This document shows, one piece after another, positions 60,238-64,000 of a stretch of 64,000 bases of DNA. Position numbers and translations under genes: made by a program. Origin of the DNA: an uncultured delta proteobacterium (GTDB taxonomy: Bacteria > Desulfobacterota > Binatia > UBA9968); assembly GCA_963728565.1 (NCBI GenBank), contig CAVSLC010000019.1, forward strand, positions 188,334 to 252,333. Reading direction: 5' to 3'. The notes under the pieces were generated by a model, which saw nothing but the letters and a program-made list of their open reading frames with translations, searched no databases and was not told the DNA's origin. Every line of letters begins with the position of its first letter. Position 1 is the first letter of the stretch.

Positions 60238-60322
60238 GCATAACCCGCCCGCTTGAGCCGACGGCGACATTGGTGGTGAATGAAGCTTTTTAGCTGTAGC
60301 GGCTCAGCGGCGTAGCGTAGGC
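60238..60322 (+). other. attC site 3 (R' reads GTAGGC, one T missing)
   Basis: GCATAAC...CCGCTTGAGCCG / CGGCTCAGCGG...GTAGGCG. The next cassette's R'' CGCCTAAC implies GTTAGGCG. Confidence 0.8.
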
Positions 60323-60356
60323 GTAGGAGATCAACGCAAAGGGGGGCGACTAAGCA

Positions 60357-61436
60357 ATGGCATTGCCGATCCGTGCGACCTTGGAGGATATCACACAGAC
60401 ATGTGCCTACCTGGCGAGCAAACCGACAGGTGCGACACTGAAGGACATCTCCTCCGTCGTTGGTGAGAAGCTTGCAGACTCAAGACGCATCTCTGCCCTA
60501 CAGACATGGGAGCTTATCGAGTCGCAGGACGACGGTCGGTACAAAGTAACCGAGGAAAGGGAGACGCTGCGGAAAGAGCGATTCCGACCGGGTCGTCGTC
60601 CTGCAGGCTGTCATTCGCCGCATTGCGCCGTACCTAGCTGTAGTCGAACGAGCAGCACACCGTCGAGAGGATGCTCTAACGAGTAATGAGGTGGGCGCCC
60701 ATTGGCACGACCACTTCAAGAGCGAGGCCAGCGACTCTGAAGACATGCTCAAGGCTCAGGCGATTTCTTCTTCCGAGTCGCTGAAGGCGCGGGCCTTGGG
60801 ACCATGATCATCGGCCGTCGCGGGGCGGAGACCCGGTTCAGTTTCAATGCCGACGCTCTGGCAAAGTTCGTTGGCGCATCGCCATTGCCGGGAGTCGAAA
60901 CAAGTATGGAGCCATCGCCCCCCGGTGAGACCAAGCCAGCCGGCGAAGCTGAATTCCAAGCTGATGAGCTCTCCCATATCCCCTTCAGCAAGAAGACTTC
61001 GGGGCAAGGGATCTTCATCGCGCATGGCAAGAACAAGAAACCGCTTGAGCAGCTCACGAAGATACTGGAACAGTTCAGAATTCCTTACAAAGTAGCTACA
61101 GAGGAGCCCAACCTCGGTCGTCCGATCACCGGAAAGATTCGCGAGATCATGGAGGCCTGTAACTGTGCGATCTTGATCTTCACCGCCGACGAGGAGTTCA
61201 GGAACGTGAAAGGCGAAGTAATCTGGCGACCGAGTGAGAACGTCGTCTACGAATTGGGTGCGTCGGGATACTTGTACGACAACCGGCTCGTTATCATGAA
61301 AGAGGAGACGGTAACGTTTCCCAGCAACTTCAGAGACATCGGCTACATCTCCTTCGAGAAGGACCAGCTTGAAGCGAAGGCGATGGATGTTTTGAAGGAG
61401 CTAATTGGCTTCGGAATCGTCAAGGTCTCGACATAG
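60357..61436 (+). CDS. Cassette 4: TIR-domain (CAP12/PF10137-like) nucleotide-binding protein with N-terminal helical domain; 2 frameshifts (~60555, ~60765)
   Basis: IFIAHG, AILIFTADE, RPSENVVYELG and FPSNF..IGYISF. The middle segment is readable in a third frame (VVLQAVIRRIAPYLAVVER...). Confidence 0.8.
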
Positions 61437-61473
61437 TGCAGATCGCCCGAGGGCGGCAACAGCACAGCATGCC

Positions 61474-61555
61474 GCCTAACAAACGGGTTGAGTCGGATCG
61501 TCAGCCTGCTCGCTTGCGCTCGCGAGCTGCGTCCCGCTCACCCTGAGCGTTAGGC
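61474..61555 (+). other. attC site 4
   Basis: GCCTAAC...GGGTTGAGTCGGA / TCCCGCTCACCC...GTTAGGC. Confidence 0.85.
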
Positions 61556-61586
61556 AAAAGGAAAGTTACGCTGAGTAAACCTCGCC

Positions 61587-61837
61587 ATGCCAGTCCTCGA
61601 TGATATAGCCGAAGGTGCTCCAAAACTCCTCCTTCATTTTTTCATTGAGATTGTTTTCTTTTACACCGGAGAATGCGTCTTGTATGTCGTTACCTTTGGA
61701 TGGAAAAAACCTCGTTGGGACTACTATTCAAATGAAAGTCTCCGAAGTGGGCAGTTCTTACGGAAATCAGTTGGTGGATCGGATTCTTTTTATGGATTTT
61801 TGCCATTGGATTGATAGCGAGGCAGTTGCTGAAGTGA
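61587..61837 (+). CDS. Cassette 5: small membrane protein, frameshift near 61740
   Basis: MPVLDDIAE...FFYTGE.VLY.VTFG.KKPRWDYY continues in another frame as PKWAVLTEISWWIGFFLWIFAIGLIARQLLK*. Confidence 0.6.
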
Positions 61838-61853
61838 ACTCACGGCTGTTTAT

Positions 61854-61934
61854 GCCTAACGACCGGCTTGAGACAGATCTTCGGACCCGCTCGCAAACCT
61901 CGCGGGCCTCGACTTCTCAGCCTCAGCGTTATCC
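61854..61934 (+). other. attC site 5
   Basis: GCCTAAC...GGCTTGAGA / TCTCAGCC...GTTATCC. Confidence 0.85.
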
Positions 61935-61943
61935 GAATGAACG

Positions 61944-62284
61944 ATGAAACTTCCGGAAGCACATCGGGCGGTCATCGCGCCAGCTAAACTTCGGGACTAT
62001 CTTCTTTCAAGCTCGCATCCGGTGGGTCGGTTCAAGGTGCCTTTTTTCGCCAGCCTGGGATATACCGCTACTGACTGTCAGCGTCTCGAACAAGATCTCC
62101 TTACGATCGCGAGTTGGGCGATGCGGAGCCCGGAAGGAAAAGTCCGTATGGCCAAAAGTACGAACTTCGTGGTACTTTGAATGGGCCGTCTGAGAAGTCT
62201 GCGAGTGTGTTAACCGTCTGGATCATACGATTTGAAACCGATATTCCCGAGTTTGTGACCGCTTACCCAGGAGACACTGAATGA
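61944..62284 (+). CDS. Cassette 6a: DUF6883-like putative toxin, frameshift near 62115
   Basis: MKLP.A..AVI...KL.DYLL...HPVG..K..FF..LGY. The C-terminus GP......V.TVWII......PEFVTAYP overlaps the next gene by ATGA. Confidence 0.7.
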
Positions 62285-62504
62285 AGTACAAGCTTCTCGA
62301 CACAGTAGTCCTCGACGAGACCTGCCGCAGCATGGGCTTCGTGCGGGAGATTTAGGGGCTGTCGTGGAGGTGTATGAGCCCGATGGCTTGGAGGTTGAGT
62401 TCGTCACAGCATCCGGCAAAACTCAAGCTCTTATTACTCTAAACGTTAACGACGTGAGGCCAGTGCAAGAAAACGATCTTGTTGCTGTTAGGTCCGTTGC
62501 TTAA
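62281..62504 (+). CDS. Cassette 6b: DUF4926-like putative antitoxin, frameshift near 62316
   Basis: MKYKLLDTVVL..DLPQHGLRAGDLGAVVEVYEPDGLEVEFVTASGKTQALITL. Confidence 0.75.
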
Positions 62505-62535
62505 CTCTCTTGCATCTATTCTCCGCCGCAACATC

Positions 62536-62616
62536 GGATAACAATCGGCTTGAGAAGGATCTTAGACCCGCTCGCTGTGCTCGCTGGTCTCGCCCGCTCA
62601 GCCTAATTAGTTAGAC
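62536..62616 (+). other. attC site 6
   Basis: GGATAAC (complements the previous GTTATCC)...GGCTTGAG / CTCAGCC...GTTAGAC. Confidence 0.85.
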
Positions 62617-62623
62617 CGAGAAC

Positions 62624-62833
62624 ATGTTACGGAAACTCTTCAAAGGATATGTCATTCTCGACACAATTCTTGATATCCTCTTCATGGTTTTCCTTTTGTT
62701 CGTCCTGTGCGGGCTGGTTTATTATAGAGAACTTTACCAGAATCCACTCTACTTGCTTATAGCCGCCGTGATTTTCGTCGCATTGTTAATCGGCATATAC
62801 AGCACGATACGAAAAGTCGTGAACATCGAATGA
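62624..62833 (+). CDS. Cassette 7: 69-aa two-helix membrane protein
   Basis: Two hydrophobic segments. It starts 7 nt after the attC6 core. Confidence 0.65.
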   Translation: MLRKLFKGYVILDTILDILFMVFLLFVLCGLVYYRELYQNPLYLLIAAVIFVALLIGIYSTIRKVVNIE

Positions 62834-62880
62834 TCAGGGGTGGAAAGAGTTCTATCTTGGACCGCTCGTGAGCGTGCACG

Positions 62881-62964
62881 GTCCAACCCGCCGCTTGAGC
62901 CGACGGCGAGAATACTGCTGAATGAAAGGTTCTGCCGTAGCGGCTCAGCGGCATCCCGTTTGGC
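62881..62964 (+). other. attC site 7
   Basis: GTCCAAC...CCGCTTGAGCCG / CGGCTCAGCGG...GTTTGGC. Closely similar to attC3. Confidence 0.85.
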
Positions 62965-62990
62965 AGGAAACGACGGAGGAGAACGCTAGC

Positions 62991-63397
62991 GTGGGTGAAG
63001 ACTGGCACTTTCTTGAATGCGTAGCGGCCCTCGTTCTTAAAGATGCCACGGTGCTCGCGGAGGAGCGGAAACCCACGAAGAGGGTGGTACCAGGTGCGGT
63101 CGCCCTTCCAGGCGGCCACGTGGAGCCTGGGGAGGGCATCGAGGAGCGCTCCGGCGTGAACTCATGGAGGAGTTGGGAATCACGCCTCTCGAAGTACGGT
63201 ACGTCTGTACCCCTCTCCATCGATCAGCAGAGTTCCGGAGGCTTCGCTACTTCGCGGTCCCGCAATGGGAAGGCAAGATGGAGAACCACGAGGCTGCCTC
63301 CTTGCGGTGGGTGCCGTTGACCGCGCCGAACGATCTCGACCTTGAGGTCGATCGGCTTGCCCTGGCGGAGTATCAGCGGGTCTACCGTGGTGCGTAG
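62991..63397 (+). CDS. Cassette 8: NUDIX hydrolase, frameshift near 63148
   Basis: LPGGHVEPGE..EE followed in the shifted frame by LRRELMEELGI (Nudix box). Confidence 0.8.
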
Positions 63398-63432
63398 GAG
63401 CCAGATAGATGAAGGCGTCGACGCCGTGGTCT

Positions 63433-63505
63433 GCCGAACCACGCAGTGCACCGGACCGGGGGCTCGCGCTGCTCGCCTTGCGGCCGGTGACCGCCGGCGT
63501 TAGAC
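63433..63505 (+). other. attC site 8
   Basis: GCCGAAC...GTGCACCGGACCG / CGGCCGGTGAC...GTTAGAC. Confidence 0.82.
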
Positions 63506-63535
63506 GCTCCGAGAAACTTCAGCTATACATGAACT

Positions 63536-63873
63536 GTGGCCGATCGAACCCTTCCTGACGACGCTCTATCCTTCATTCGGAATTGTGTTCGCGGGGGTCG
63601 GATTCTCTGGACTTATCACGTCAACATGCGCCTTGGAGAGAGGTTCATTGCCCGTGAGACGATCATCCAAGCGGCAGATACCTATGAAATCGTCGAGGCC
63701 TATCCGGAGGACAAATACTTTCCGAGCTATTTGTTGCTCGGGCAGGAGGGCGACGTTGCGTTTCATATACTGTTTGGTGTCGATGTAGAAGGTCAGAATG
63801 TACGAATCGTCACCGCATAGCCAGTCCCGATGAGTGGGAAATGGATTTGAAGACGCGAAGGAGGTCATCATGA
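63536..63873 (+). CDS. Cassette 9a: DUF4258-like putative toxin, disrupted near 63818
   Basis: W.YH...RL.ER.I, E.YPEDKY.PSYLLLG and RIVTA. The expected tail (P.PDEWE.DLKTRRR) is in another frame, ending in TGA overlapping the next ATG. Confidence 0.75.
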
Positions 63874-64000
63874 AGTGCACCGTTTGCGGTGCTGGCATGC
63901 GTGCGATCACCACTGATTTGCCATTCAAACTGTCAGAGGAGCGCATTGTAATCTTGAAGCAACTGCCGATCCTGCAGTGCGAAGCGTGCCGCGAGTATCT
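63870..64000 (+). CDS. Cassette 9b: YgiT/MqsA-type zinc-finger protein, truncated by the window end
   Basis: MKCTVCGAGM...IVILKQLPILQCEACREY. GGAGG RBS. Confidence 0.8.
   Translation, partial: MKCTVCGAGMRAITTDLPFKLSEERIVILKQLPILQCEACREY

Larger units (their letters stand above)
57299..64000 (+). mobile_element. Integron (reverse orientation) with at least 9 gene cassettes, continuing past the window end
   Basis: intI, a putative attI and 8 attC sites with co-oriented single- or two-gene cassettes. Confidence 0.9.

Overview
This is a bacterial chromosomal window. Gene content (many NitT/TauT-type binding proteins and amidohydrolases, a Myxococcus-like lexA-imuA-imuB) suggests a Deltaproteobacteria/Ca. 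Binatia-like organism, but that is inference. There are four zones. (1) 1-15.5 kb: the 3' part of addA, small accessory ORFs, and a catabolic cluster (2 SBP + amidohydrolase pairs, UbiD plus an unlisted 48-aa CxxC/CxxC protein, an XDH-family Mo subunit, 3-HAO). (2) 15.5-51.3 kb: intact housekeeping genes, including a PyrR attenuator-pyrR-[PyrB-PyrI Zn domain-PyrR-like fusion]-carAB-recG run, alaC-hom-apgM-glpX, mutL-miaA, a CobW fusion, pheA-hisC-tyrA-aroA-cmk-rpsA-sppA-ihfB-HIT, and an AAA/VWA pair. (3) 51.3-57.3 kb: an SOS-type locus (lexA with a TACTGAA-N6-TTCAGTA operator, imuA, imuB, no imuC), then a four-helix-bundle gene, an orphan higA and a tcmP-DUF5131 pair. This zone is punctuated by tandem GTTCAA/TTGAAC repeats, which form a 36-bp inverted repeat around the four-helix-bundle gene, 'empty' inverted pairs around lexA, and an in-frame insertion in imuB. 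(4) 57.3-64 kb: a 'reverse' integron with a disrupted intI transcribed towards the array, a putative attI, 8 attC sites and 9 cassettes (DUF3303, alpha/beta hydrolase, near ORF-less, TIR-domain, membrane proteins, two TA-like pairs, NUDIX), running off the end. Frameshifts cluster in the first 10 kb and last 10 kb and may partly be sequencing errors. No rRNA, tRNA or CRISPR array was seen.
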